A stretch of DNA of 61,620 nt, the filler included, from Actinomycetota bacterium (GTDB taxonomy: Bacteria; Actinomycetota; CADDZG01; JAHWKV01; JAOPZY01), in assembly GCA_025963875.1 (NCBI GenBank). It is 5 parts of 5 records of this genome, joined end to end, with 100 filler letters (N's around TTAATTAATTAA, not from the genome) between each part and the next. Parts side by side here need not be neighbours in the genome. Positions count along the whole stretch, not along the records: positions 8,765 to 36,572 come from JAOPZY010000218.1; 4 more parts are not named here. The stretch is one strand, 5' to 3'. This document shows, piece after piece, positions 8,765-25,505 of this stretch. The notes beneath the pieces are model-generated. The model ran no database searches. It was not told the origin of the DNA and was given only the letters and a program-made list of their open reading frames with translations. A program made the position numbers and the translations under genes. Position 1 is the stretch's first letter, and each line of letters opens with the position of its first letter.

Positions 8765-10251
8765 GTGGTCCCACCGGGCGTTGGTCCCACAATCGGGCTC
8801 GGGGTCGGGCCCGGCGCCGGCGGTGTCGTCGTCCCCATCCCGCTCAGCGGCACCCGCTGGGGGCTGTCCGCTGCAGAGTCCGTGAGGATCAGGGTGGCCG
8901 CCCTGGCCCCCGCCGCGCCCGGCGAGAAGGTCACCGACACCGTGCAGGTGGCGCCGGGGTTGACGGTCGAGCCGCTGCACGTGTCCCCGCTCTTGGCAAA
9001 GTCGCCCATGTCGGGCCCGGTGATCACCGCGGTCGACATGCTGAGGGACCCGTTGCCGCTGTTGGCCACCGTCAGGGACGACGAGCCTGCGGCCCCGAAG
9101 TCGAGCGAGGTCGCGCTGAGCGACACCGCAGCCCGGGCCTGCACCTCCAGGGTGAGCCGGCCTATGTTGTGAATCGGTGACGGGTTGCTCCCCTCCTTGC
9201 CCGAGCCCTCGGTGAACCAGATGTTGCCGTCCGGCCCCGTCGTGATGCCGGTGGGCGGCCCGTTGGGGTCGATGGCACCTCTGGTGGGCGTGGGGAAGTG
9301 GGTGGTCACACTGGCCGGGGGCGTGCGCGGATCGAACCGGCCGATACTGCTCGAGCCGGCCTCCGTGAAGTACAGCAGGCCATCCCTGCCCGCGGCGATC
9401 GATTGCGGGCCTGCACCGGCATCCGGCACGGCTCCGAGGTAGGCCCGGGTCGACCCGTCGATCCGTCCGATGCTGCCGGCCGTCTGCTCGGCGAACCAGA
9501 GGTTGTAGTCGGAGCCCACCGTGATGCCGGAGAGATCCGGGATGTTCCCGCCCACAGGGATCTCGGCGACCATCGTCCCGGCCGTCGTCATCACGCCGAC
9601 CTTTCCCTGGCCGCTGGACTGCTCGGTGAACCAGAGGTTGCCGTCGGGCCCGGACGTGATGCCGAAGGGGATCGCGCCCGAGCTGTGGGTGGAGAACTCC
9701 GTGATCGTGCCCGTGGGGGTGACCCGGCCGATGTTGCCGCCGACCACGTTCTCGGTGAACCACAGGTTGCCGTCGCTGCCCAGCGTCATGGCCCAGGGAT
9801 TGACGTTGGGCGTGGGCACGGGATAGGAGGTCACCGCGGTCGCCGGGGGACCCTGCGGCCCGGCCGGATCGAGCTTGCCGATGGCGTTCGAGGACTGGGT
9901 CAGCTCCGTGAACCACATGTTGCCGTCGGGGCCGAGCAGGATGCCGGCCGGGTCGACGCAACCCTGCGGGCAACTGACGCTCGCCCCTCCCGCAACGTTG
10001 AACGCACCGGTCATCGCCCCGTCGGTCGAGAATCGCTCGACCTTGTGGACGTCGAAGTCGTTGGAGTCCGCCACCCAGAGCGTGTTGCCCGGCCCGGGGG
10101 CGATGCCCAGCGGGTCGCTGCCGAACGTGGGGACGTTGAACTCCGTGATCGTGCCGGGGCCGGCGGCCCCGACACCGGCGGTGCGCACCACCAGGGGCAG
10201 GAGGGCGCCGCAGATAAACAGACAACTTCTGAGCGCGCGTGCCTTCGACAA
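8765..10251 (-). CDS. Secreted Vgb-like beta-propeller plus Ig-like domain (3' truncated)
   Basis: Repeated GPDGNLWFTE blades; SLDFG...LTVANSG...CTVSVTFSP Ig module; Pro/Thr linker at the contig end. Confidence 0.85.
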
Positions 10252-10295
10252 CTGCCCTCCCCCCCGATGCTTCCGTTTACGCTACCAAGGATCTG

Positions 10296-12760
10296 TCACC
10301 CGGGGACCGGCGCCTCGGCATCCTCGTGGGTGGCTGCCAGCGGCCCCGCCCCGTCTCCCGGCCACGTGCCCGGCCGTTCGGTCCGGCTCATCTCCCGGCG
10401 GATCGCGGCGACGGCGTCGTCGACCGTGGCGGCGAGGGGAACGATGCCGCCGACCTGGGTCAGCTCCAGGACGCGGTACACCGGCGACCCCCCCGGAGCG
10501 ACGGCCCACAGCTCCTGGCGCCGCCGCTCCAGGCGTCGCTTGAGGTCGAAGAGCAGGCGGATGCCGCTGCTGTCGAGGTAGCTCACCTGCGACAGGTTCA
10601 CGACCAGGCCCCACTGCTCGTTGCGCACCGAGCTTGCCAATGTGACACCGACCCGGTCGGCGTTCGAGACGTCGATATCCTCGACGAGATGGACCACAGC
10701 GATGAGGTCCTCATCGTTGGGATCGTCGTTGCCGCCACCACGGACCAGCATCTCAGGCGACACGCGCACGGCCTTCGGGATCGACGGTTGCATGGGGCGA
10801 CCGAGGCGGCGGTACAGGCGCACCTCCGTACCCTGCGGCCCTGCCACCACTTCGCAGTCCTCGACGAGGGCCTGCATGAGCAGCAGCCCCCGCCCTCCCC
10901 CGGACGTCTCCCGGGAACGCCAGTAGCCGTTGTCCCGCACCCTCACGGTCACCCCGTGGCCGTCAGACTCGGCCTCGACGCCGACCGTGCCTTCGTCGAA
11001 CCCGAACGCGTGGACCATCGAATTCGTCGCGGCCTCCGAGACGGCAAGGACGATGTCCCGCCGCTCCTCGCCCGTCGCCCCGACATGGGTCAACCACCGG
11101 GACAGCGCCTGCCGCAGCAGGCCGAGGCGCTGGGGGTCGGCGGACATCGTCAGGCGGAACTCCTTCGACAACGCCCGCACGCAGGAGATGACCAGCAGGG
11201 CCACGTCGTCGCGCGGCGCGGCGTCGCCGATCATCCCGTCCGTGATCGCTTCGCAGATGGCTTCCGGATCGGCACCCGGCACGCCCTCGACCACGCTGGC
11301 GAGCGCCTGCATCCCCTCGTCGAGCGTCTTCCCCGGCCGTTCGATGAGGCCGTCGGTGTAGAGGATCAGCACCGAGCCAGGCTCCAGCACCACGACTCCC
11401 TCGGGTGCACCGAACGTCGGCACCCCGAGCGGCGTCACCCTTCCCTCCTCGAGGTAGGAGGTCGTCCCCCCCGGGTGGACGAGCAGGGGCGGGGGGTGGC
11501 CGGCGCACATGTAGCTGAGCATCCCCGCCTCCGGCTCGTAGACCGCATAGACGAGCGTGGTCATCTCGGCCTCGGGCAGGACCTTCGCCAGACCGCCGAG
11601 GCGGTCGATGACGCGCCCCGGCGAGGAGTCCTCCAGCGCATAGGCCCGGAGCGCCGTGCGGAGCTGGCCCATGGTGGCGGCGGCCCGCAACCCGCGGCCC
11701 ACCACGTCCCCGATGACCAGGCCGATGGCGCCCGACGGGATGGGGACCACGTCGTACCAGTCCCCGCCGACCTCGAGCCCGTCACTGCCCGGTAGGTACC
11801 TGACCGCAATGCCCATGCCCGGGATCTCCGGGAGCCGTTCCGGCAGCAGGCTGCGCTGGAGGGTCTCGGCAATCTGCTGGGTCTGGCGGAGGGCGCGCTC
11901 ACGTTCCGCGATCGCCGCGGCTGCATGCTCGACCCGGCGGCGCTCCGTGATGTCGATCAGGCTTCCACGGGCCAGCCTGCGGTCGGAGGCAGGCAATTCC
12001 AGGAGCCGGACCTCGCACAGCACCGGCGTGCCTGCGGCGCTCTGCAGCATCCATTCGAAGGAATCGTGCACGCCGCTCGCCGCTCGCTCGATCCAGCCCG
12101 GTCGGGCTTCGCCCGGCTGCATCGGGGCGCTCACCTCGGCGGGACCGATCTCGCAGAGTTGCGCCCGCGGCATCCCGAAGAGGCGCTCCGCCTGGGGATT
12201 GGCCTCCACGAAACGGCCGGTCTCGAGATCCAGCACGACGATCGCTTCGGGGGCGTGCTCGACGAGGGTCCGGTACCGCTCTTCGCTCTCGGCAAGCCGC
12301 TGCTCCGAGGCGGTGCGCTCCGCCACCTCCTGCTCCAGGCGCTGCTTGACCCCCATCAACTCGACCAGGGCGGCGACCTTGGCCCGGAGGATGGCGGGCT
12401 CGAACGGCTTGTAGACGTAATCGATCGCCCCGCTCGCGTAGCCCTCGAGATGGTGTTCTTCGGCTCCGCTGATCGCCGTGAGGAAGATGATCGGGATGTG
12501 GCGCGTCTTCTCCCGGAGCTTGATCAGGCGGGCGGTCCCGAACCCGTCCAGGCCCGGCATCTGCACGTCCAGCACGATGAGCGAGAACTCCTGGCCCAGC
12601 AGCTGCCGCAGGGCCTCCTCGCCGGAGGCGGCGGTCGTCAGGTCGAGGCCCAGCGGCTCGAGGACCGCCTCCAGGGCCAGCAGGTTGTCCGGGCGATCGT
12701 CGACGAGCAGCACCCGCGGCCGAACATCGGCCGGCGTCTCCGCCGGAATCGGTTCGGGCG

Positions 12761-12764
<4 letters not shown>
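10296..12764 (-). CDS. REC-PAS-SpoIIE(PP2C)-anti-sigma kinase(HATPase)-STAS multidomain regulator
   Basis: LLVDD/LDVQMP (REC); [12 protein letters not shown] (PAS); [26 protein letters not shown] (PP2C); SEAATNS, GGRGL (RsbW-like); YLDSSG (STAS). Confidence 0.9.
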
Positions 12765-18520
<5,756 letters not shown>

Positions 18521-18912
18521 CTCCCGAAGTGGCGGGCTCGGAAGGAGCGAAGGGCTGCTTGGCTCACACGGTCAGTCATCCAGTCCCCCTTTGGCACGAT
18601 CCGGCGCGCACCGGTGGTTTCCGCACCGGAAAGTATGACTGGCCCGACCACCAAAATCTTTGTCGAGGGCGTTTGCGGCATACATCTTGGGGGAATTAAA
18701 TGTCTCTAATCGGGCCCTCGCTGAGCCCTGGTTTACGTACTCCAGAGTATGTTTCGGGGGCTCCCCGCGCCGGACCCCCGTTCTTTGCGCATCGTGTTAC
18801 GGAAATCGCAACGTGGCACGCAAAGAACCCAATACCCCCCCGTGTCTTCCTTGCGAGCCTGAGGAATTCGGGAATGCGGGGGGCGTGTGCCCGTAGACTT
18901 CCGCCTCAGGGG

Positions 18913-20316
18913 ATGACGGCTCACGACGTACGACTGCTCCTCAATGCCGCCGCCGGCATCCTCGTCATCGTCGTGCTCATCACCGCTGCACGGCTGCACG
19001 CCTTCCTCGCCCTCACCATCGGGTCGGTCCTCGTCGGCCTCCTTGCGGGCCATGGCGGCACGAAGACCGTCCTCTCGTTCGAGGCGGGGGTCGGGGGAAC
19101 GCTCGGCTACGTCGGGGTCATCGTGGCCCTCGGCACCATGCTGGGCAAGCTGCTGGCCGACTCCGGCGGCGCGGACATGATCGCCCAGACGGTGCTGCGC
19201 CACTCGGGCATCCGGCGGGTCCCGTGGGCGATGGCGCTCATCGCCATGGTCGTCGGCATTCCCCTGTTCTTCGAGATCGGGCTCGTGCTGCTGCTGCCCA
19301 TCATCTTCACGATGGCGCGCCGCCTCGATGCGGCAGTGGCCGACCAGGGTGGGGGCGGAGCACCGGTGGGGACCCTGCAGCGGTCCTCCACCTACCTGCT
19401 GGTCGGCATCCCCGCCCTCGCAGGACTCTCGGTCCTCCACGGCCTGGTGCCGCCGCACCCGGGTCCGCTGGTGGCGATCCACGCCATCAACGCCGACCTC
19501 GGCACCACGATGATCTACGGCATCCTCATCGCCATCCCGACGGTCATCATCGCCGGGCCGCTCTACGGCACGTGGGTGGCGCGGCGCGTCCACCCCGCCC
19601 CCTCCCCCGAGCTGCTGGCCCAGCTCGCCAAGGACACGGAACCGCAGAACCCGCCGACCTTCGGCGTCACGCTCTTCACGATCCTGCTGCCCGTCGCTCT
19701 GATGCTGGCCCGGACCGTCGTCGACGTCACGGCCGCCGCGGGCAGCACGGCCGTCACCGCGGCGGACTTCATCGGCGACCCCGTCGTCGCCCTCCTCATC
19801 GCCGTGGTCGTGGCGATGTGGACCTTCGGGCTCGCCCGGGGGATCGGCACCCGGAAGGTGAACGAGCTGGTCGGAGCCTCCCTGGCGCCGGCCGCCGGCA
19901 TCCTCCTCATCATCGGCGCCGGTGGCGGCTTCAAGCAGGTGCTGATCGACGCCGGCATTGGGGGCGCCATCGCCAAGGCGGCGACCCACACCGGCCTGCC
20001 CGTGCTGGTCGTGGCATGGCTGGTGGCAGTGCTCATCCGGGTCTCGACCGGCTCGGCCACCGTGGCGACCGTCACCGCCGCCGGCATCGTTGCGCCGCTG
20101 GTCGTCAGCACCGTCGGGGTCAACCGGCCGCTGGTGGCTCTGGCGATCGGCGCCGGGTCGCTGTTCTTCTCCCACGTCAACGACGCCGGCTTCTGGCTCG
20201 TGAAAGAGTTCTTCGGCATGTCCGTCCGGCAGACGATCGAATCGTGGTCGGTGATGGAGACCATCATCTCCGTGGTGGGCCTGGTGCTCATCCTCCTGCT
20301 CAGCACGGTCGTATGA
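18913..20316 (+). CDS. gntP: GntP-family gluconate:H+ symporter
   Basis: Likely ATG 18913. GIPLFFEIG, HGLVPPHPGP, GAGGGFKQVL, SHVNDAGFW motifs. Confidence 0.9.
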   Translation: MTAHDVRLLLNAAAGILVIVVLITAARLHAFLALTIGSVLVGLLAGHGGTKTVLSFEAGVGGTLGYVGVIVALGTMLGKLLADSGGADMIAQTVLRHSGIRRVPWAMALIAMVVGIPLFFEIGLVLLLPIIFTMARRLDAAVADQGGGGAPVGTLQRSSTYLLVGIPALAGLSVLHGLVPPHPGPLVAIHAINADLGTTMIYGILIAIPTVIIAGPLYGTWVARRVHPAPSPELLAQLAKDTEPQNPPTFGVTLFTILLPVALMLARTVVDVTAAAGSTAVTAADFIGDPVVALLIAVVVAMWTFGLARGIGTRKVNELVGASLAPAAGILLIIGAGGGFKQVLIDAGIGGAIAKAATHTGLPVLVVAWLVAVLIRVSTGSATVATVTAAGIVAPLVVSTVGVNRPLVALAIGAGSLFFSHVNDAGFWLVKEFFGMSVRQTIESWSVMETIISVVGLVLILLLSTVV

Positions 20317-21863
20317 CGGGGGCCGGGCAGGTCGTCGTCGGCATCGACATCGGCACCACCAGCACCAAGGTCGTGGCCTACGACACCTCGGGGCGGCGCA
20401 GGTGCGAGGCGGAGGCGGGCTACCCGCTCGCCGAGCCGCAGCCCGGGTACGCCGTCCAGGACCCGGCGACCGTCCTGGACGCGGTGCTCACCGCGCTGGG
20501 AAAGGTCGTGGCCACGGCCCGGGACGCCGGGACGACCATCACCGGGGTCTCCTTCAGTTCGGCGATGCACAGCCTCATCGCCCTCGACGGCCAGGGCGTC
20601 GCCCTCACCCCTTCGATCACGTGGGCGGACATCCGGGCCACCGACCAGGCCGAGCGGCTGCGCGCCCTCACCATCGGGGCCGAGGTCCACCACCGGACGG
20701 GAACGCCGGTGCACCCGATGTCGCCGCTGACCAAGCTCATCTGGTTCCGGGAGGAGGAGCCGGACGTCTTCTCGTCCGCCGTTCGATGGGTGGGCATCAA
20801 GGAATTCGTCATGGCGCACCTGACCGGCGAGAATGTCGTGGACCGCTCGATCGCCTCGGCGATGGGTCTCATGGATCTCGCCTCCCTGGCGTGGTGGCCT
20901 CCGGCCCTCGAGCTGGCCGGCGTCCGGGCGGACCAGCTCCCCTCGATCGTGGCCACCACGGAGATCCTGGCGTTCCGGCCGGAAGTCGGTGCGCATCTCG
21001 GGTTGGAGGGGGTGCCCATCGTGGTCGGCGCGGGGGACGGCCCCCTGGCCAACCTCGGCGTCGGGGCGGTGCGGCCGGGGGTCGCCGCCTGCTCCCTGGG
21101 CACCAGCGGCGCCGTGCGGGTCGTGGTCGAGCGCCCCGGCGTCGATCCCCTCGGGCGGGTCTTCTGCTACGCGCTCACCGACGAGCGGTGGGCGGTGGGC
21201 GGTGCCATCAGCAACGGCGGGGTCGTGCTCGAGTGGGCCCGGCAGACCCTCACCCCCGAGATTGCCCGGGGCCAGGAGGCATCCCTGGTGGCCCTTGCGG
21301 CGCAGGCGCCAGCCGGTTCCGACGGCCTGCTGATGCTGCCCTACCTGCTCAGCGAGCGTGCCCCCCACTGGAGCGCGCTGGCCCGAGGCGCGTACATCGG
21401 CCTGACCCGTGCCCATCGCCGGCCACACCTCGTCCGGGCCGCACTCGAGGGAGTGTGCCAGCAGCTTGCCCTGGTGCTGGAGGCGGTACGAGCGGCCGGC
21501 AACGAGATCCGTGAGATCCGGGCTACGGGTGGTTTCCTCCGGGATGCCTTCACCCGCCAGCTCTTCACGGACGTGGTTGGCAGCGAAATCCGCTTCACTG
21601 GGGCCACGGAGGGCTCGGCGTTCGGGGCGGCCCTGCTCGGGATGCAGGCGCTCGGCCTGATCGAGACCGTCGAGATGGCGGCCGACCTGGTGCCCATCGA
21701 GGAGGCCCGCTCCCCGGACCGGGACGCAGCAGCCCTCTACCTGCGGCAGCGGGCCATCTTCGACGGCCTGTACGAACCGCTGGAGCCGACCTTCCGGGCC
21801 CTGCACCGCCTCCAAGCCGAGGAGGTGGCAGTCCGTGGGCTCGGACATTCTCTGAGCATCTGA
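20313..21863 (+). CDS. gntK: FGGY-family gluconokinase
   Basis: GIDIGTTSTK, FSSAMHSL, TGTPVHPMSP, GAGDGPLANLG, ERAPHW; ATGA-coupled to gntP. Confidence 0.88.
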   Translation: MTGAGQVVVGIDIGTTSTKVVAYDTSGRRRCEAEAGYPLAEPQPGYAVQDPATVLDAVLTALGKVVATARDAGTTITGVSFSSAMHSLIALDGQGVALTPSITWADIRATDQAERLRALTIGAEVHHRTGTPVHPMSPLTKLIWFREEEPDVFSSAVRWVGIKEFVMAHLTGENVVDRSIASAMGLMDLASLAWWPPALELAGVRADQLPSIVATTEILAFRPEVGAHLGLEGVPIVVGAGDGPLANLGVGAVRPGVAACSLGTSGAVRVVVERPGVDPLGRVFCYALTDERWAVGGAISNGGVVLEWARQTLTPEIARGQEASLVALAAQAPAGSDGLLMLPYLLSERAPHWSALARGAYIGLTRAHRRPHLVRAALEGVCQQLALVLEAVRAAGNEIREIRATGGFLRDAFTRQLFTDVVGSEIRFTGATEGSAFGAALLGMQALGLIETVEMAADLVPIEEARSPDRDAAALYLRQRAIFDGLYEPLEPTFRALHRLQAEEVAVRGLGHSLSI

Positions 21864-22076
21864 CCGCGCTCTACGCGGTGAAATGCTCAAAGTCCATATG
21901 CCTGTGCCGGCCACCCACGAGGTATGAAATGGCGTGTGCCCCTACTGGTGGAGGTTAGGTTAGTCGCCTATCGCGCGTATCTGCGCGATCACGGACTATC
22001 CTCGCGGCCACGGAGTCTTCTGGGCGCGCGATGCCACCTTGATGCGGTATTTCACCCCAGAATGCGGAGCAGGCCC

Positions 22077-23735
22077 TCAGTGGGCGAAGGACAGGTGCTC
22101 GTGGACGGAGCGGATCGCGGCTGAGCCCTCGCCGACGGCTGCGGCCACCCGCTTCACCGAGCCCGACCGGACGTCGCCGGCGGCGAACAGGCCCGGGTGC
22201 GCGGTCTCGAACGGCAGCGGCTCGCGGCCCAGCACGTCCCAGTTCCCGCTCAGATCCCGCCCGGCGAGCGAGCGGTCGGTGCGGATGAAGCCGCCCTCGG
22301 TGAGCGAGGCGCATGCCGAGAGCCAGTCCGTCCCCGCATCGGCGCCGATGAAGGAGAAAAGTCCCCCGCACGCAAGGCGCGACGCCGAGCCGTCCGGCCC
22401 CCGCAACGTGACTTCCTCCAGGCCCCGATCGCCGTGCAGCCCCGTCACCTCCGTCTGCAGGCAGACCTCGATGTTGGGCGCCCCCGCGATGCGGTCGGTG
22501 AGGTAGCTGGACATGTTCTTGCCGAGGTCGCTGCCCCGGACCACCAAGACGATCTCCCTCGCCCTCCGGGACAGGAACATCGCGGCCTGACCGGCGGAGT
22601 TGCCCGCCCCCACCACGACGACGCGGGCGCCGCTGCACTGCTGCGCTTCGATCTCGGTGGCGGCGTAGTACACACCGGCGTCCTCGAACTGCGCCAGCTC
22701 GGGAATGCCCAGCCGGCGGTAGTGGGCGCCGGTGGCGATGAGGAGTGCCCGGCCCCCCACCTCAGTCCCGTCGCTGAGGCGAACCGCCATGTGCCCGCCG
22801 TCGGAGGTCAGACCGGTGGCGACGCACGGGCTGCTGAGCTGGGCCCCGAACTTCAACGCCTGCAGATACGCCCGGCTGGCAAGGTCGTTGCCGGAGATGC
22901 CCGTCGGGAATCCCATGTAGTTCTCGATCCGGCTGCTGGCGCCGGCCTGGCCACCGACGGCCACTGCCTCGACCATGAGGGTGGCAAGGCCCTCGGATGC
23001 GCCGTAGACGGAGGCGGCGAGACCCGCAGGCCCCGCCCCCACGACGACGAGATCGAACTGCCGCTCGGGGATCGACTGGATCGTGAGCCCGAGCAGCTCC
23101 GAGAGGCTGCCCGGCGTCGCGTGCGGCACGACCTCCTCCCCTGCCAGCACCACCGGCAGGTCGGAAGGGTCGATGGCGTGCAGGCCCCTGAGGGTGGGCC
23201 ATTCAGGCGAGGTCTCGACATCGACCCACTGGTGGACGAGCCGGTTGCGGACCGCGAACTCCCGGAGTCGCAGGGACTCCGGCGAGAACGTCGAGCCGAT
23301 GATCCGCAGGGGCGACACCGGCATCGAGATCATCGCCTTCCGGCGGCCGACGAAGGCCCGGAGCAGGGTGTCGCTCAGTTCCGGCTCGGTTGCGATCATG
23401 CGGCGGAAGGCCTCCTGGGGCACAACGATCAACTCACCCGCCTCGGCCATCCGGGCCTCGACGTAGCTGCGCTGTCCCGTGAGGAGGCTCAGCTCGCCGA
23501 GGAAGCCCCCGCGTTCGTGGCGCCGGACCAGCTGCTCCCCGCCATCGATGTGGGCGACGACGTCGATGGAACCCGACAGGACGGCGTGGAAGTCTCGGGG
23601 GACGTCGCCCTCCCGTTGCAGAACCCTCCCCGGCTCGACGGATTCCACCCGTCCGAACCGGCGCAGCGTCGCCAGGTCGGCGTCGCCCAGCGTGGGAAAC
23701 GCCGCATCTTCGAACCATATCGCCTCGTCAGGCAT
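22077..23735 (-). CDS. cNMP-binding domain fused to thioredoxin-reductase-like FAD oxidoreductase
   Basis: GFLGELSLL (cNMP); GAGPAG, SSRIENYMGFP, GAGNSAGQ, AAGDVRSGSVKRVAAAVGEG. Confidence 0.9.
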   Translation of the reverse strand: MPDEAIWFEDAAFPTLGDADLATLRRFGRVESVEPGRVLQREGDVPRDFHAVLSGSIDVVAHIDGGEQLVRRHERGGFLGELSLLTGQRSYVEARMAEAGELIVVPQEAFRRMIATEPELSDTLLRAFVGRRKAMISMPVSPLRIIGSTFSPESLRLREFAVRNRLVHQWVDVETSPEWPTLRGLHAIDPSDLPVVLAGEEVVPHATPGSLSELLGLTIQSIPERQFDLVVVGAGPAGLAASVYGASEGLATLMVEAVAVGGQAGASSRIENYMGFPTGISGNDLASRAYLQALKFGAQLSSPCVATGLTSDGGHMAVRLSDGTEVGGRALLIATGAHYRRLGIPELAQFEDAGVYYAATEIEAQQCSGARVVVVGAGNSAGQAAMFLSRRAREIVLVVRGSDLGKNMSSYLTDRIAGAPNIEVCLQTEVTGLHGDRGLEEVTLRGPDGSASRLACGGLFSFIGADAGTDWLSACASLTEGGFIRTDRSLAGRDLSGNWDVLGREPLPFETAHPGLFAAGDVRSGSVKRVAAAVGEGSAAIRSVHEHLSFAH

Positions 23736-23799
23736 CGCTCCTCCGGGGTCACGAGAGTCACCAAGAGGCTACCGCCAGGTCTGCCATACCGCTCGTACC

Positions 23800-25074
23800 T
23801 CACGCTCCACCCTTGGCCTTGGCCTTCGCCTTGGCCTTCGTCTTGGCTTGCGGAGAACGCTTGCCGGCCGGCGTCGCTGCCTTGGCCGGCGTCGCTGCCT
23901 TCGCCGGCATCGTCGATGCGACCGAGCCCTTCGCCAGGTCGATGGCAAACGTGTCGACGGTCTGCGGCGGGGCGCCGACGTTCAGGTGCCCGGCCACCAC
24001 GACGTACTCGCCTGACAGCGTGGTCGGCGTGGCGGTGATCCGGAGGTAGCCGTGGTGCTGGTCTTCGTACTGCTCGAGCGAGGCGTCCGAACCAGGGATC
24101 GCCCACGGCACCTGGAGCCGACCGCCGGACGCATCCACGGCCATCTGGTGCAGGTGCCAGTACCCGCCGGCTCCCGCCACGATGTACGGCACGTCCCTCC
24201 CGTTCACCCGGCGGGTGAAGCGCTGGTAGTTGTGCACGTGGCCGGAGAAGACGGCGTGCGGCGTGCGGCCCGAAGCCGTCGTGGCGGTGTCGAGGATCCC
24301 GCCCATGTAGGCGCTGCCGCCGTGGTGGGCGTCGGCGGAGTACGGCGGGTGGTGCATGGCGACAACGAGCGCGCCGTCGGCCGGCGCCGCGGCAAGCTCT
24401 GCCTCGAGCCAGGCAGCCTGGTCGGTATCGACACTGCCGCCCTCGGGGACGTTGGTGTACATGCCGATGATGGTGAGGAACGGGGCCAGCAGCGTCCAGT
24501 AGACGTTCGGCTGCGTCATGGCGGTGCGCTGGATCTCCTGGGCCCCCTTCGTCAGGTGGGGGTGGTCGGCGCAGAAATTGCCGGCGAAGGCGGTGAGGGA
24601 CGGCTCGACGGCGGCGTCGAGAGGATCGCCGTCGTGGTTGCCCGGGATCCCCATGATCGGGGCGGTGTAGTGCGAGTACGGCTCGTAGAACTGCGGGTAG
24701 TACTCGCTCGACTGCCCGTAGAAGTACACGACGTCGCCGAGGTGGTAGAAGAACGCGGGCACGTCCCCGCCCGCCACGAAGTCCTGCACCATCTGGTCGG
24801 CCACGGTCTGCTGAGGCTGGGGATTCTTGACCCCGCCGGTGTCGCCCGCGACGTGCAGCACGAGCTTGCCGGCATTCTGGATGGCCGACATTGCGTCGGC
24901 TACGAGCACGTCGCCGAGCTGCATCCGGTAGGGGTAGGCGCCGGTCGCCTTCGGGAGGGGCTGGAAGTGCTGGTTGCTCTGGACGCCGTGGGTCTTCTGG
25001 ACCTGGGTGTGCGCCGGCACCGTCGGAGGCTTCGGGACGCGGCGCGGGTGTGCAACGGGGCTGATCGTAGCCAT
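23800..25074 (-). CDS. Purple-acid-phosphatase-like metallophosphoesterase with Ala/Lys-rich tail
   Basis: GDTG, GDVVY, GNHD, MHHP, GHVH motifs; tail AKAATPAKAATP...KAKAKAKAK. Confidence 0.85.
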   Translation of the reverse strand: MATISPVAHPRRVPKPPTVPAHTQVQKTHGVQSNQHFQPLPKATGAYPYRMQLGDVLVADAMSAIQNAGKLVLHVAGDTGGVKNPQPQQTVADQMVQDFVAGGDVPAFFYHLGDVVYFYGQSSEYYPQFYEPYSHYTAPIMGIPGNHDGDPLDAAVEPSLTAFAGNFCADHPHLTKGAQEIQRTAMTQPNVYWTLLAPFLTIIGMYTNVPEGGSVDTDQAAWLEAELAAAPADGALVVAMHHPPYSADAHHGGSAYMGGILDTATTASGRTPHAVFSGHVHNYQRFTRRVNGRDVPYIVAGAGGYWHLHQMAVDASGGRLQVPWAIPGSDASLEQYEDQHHGYLRITATPTTLSGEYVVVAGHLNVGAPPQTVDTFAIDLAKGSVASTMPAKAATPAKAATPAGKRSPQAKTKAKAKAKAKGGA

Positions 25075-25505
25075 CTCGGTCTCCCTTCAGCGGCAGGCCG
25101 TGGACGGGCCGCCGTCGGTCATCGGGGTCGTCGTACTTTCCACGATTCACCTTCACTGCTCCTGAACGGAGTGTGACCGCTCGGTGAACAGTCGTCGAGA
25201 CGCATGGCTCGGAGATTCGGGGGTGTGCTAGGCTTCGAGTGAACGGGAGCTGTATTCACCCGCACCCGGTTTTGCTCTGCAGATGCCCGGGTCCCGGACC
25301 CTGACCCCACAGTCCGAGAGCAACCGCGTGCAGCCCTCTTGGCAGAGGAGTGAACGACGTCCGGACGCAGATGTCCTGAGCAAGGCGCGTCCGCGCCGAC
25401 ACCCACCGTCCAGGCGGCCTTCCTACCTGTTCTACTCGTTTCCGACTACCACGACGGCGTTAACCGGACGCCGTCCCAATCGAGAAAGTCAACCGAGAGA
25501 AACTT

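Noticed and set aside
8525..10251. Riboswitch controlling the beta-propeller gene
   Set aside because: Opposite strands and different contigs separated by an artificial linker.
8765..10251. Streptogramin resistance gene (vgb)
   Set aside because: Secreted multidomain protein sharing only the propeller repeat.
19224..21863. Extended ORFs for gntK (also pafB 5081, kinase 32925, regulator 31570, ACAD 46052)
   Set aside because: Upstream parts are off-frame reads of neighbouring genes; overlapping start-stop junctions give the true starts.
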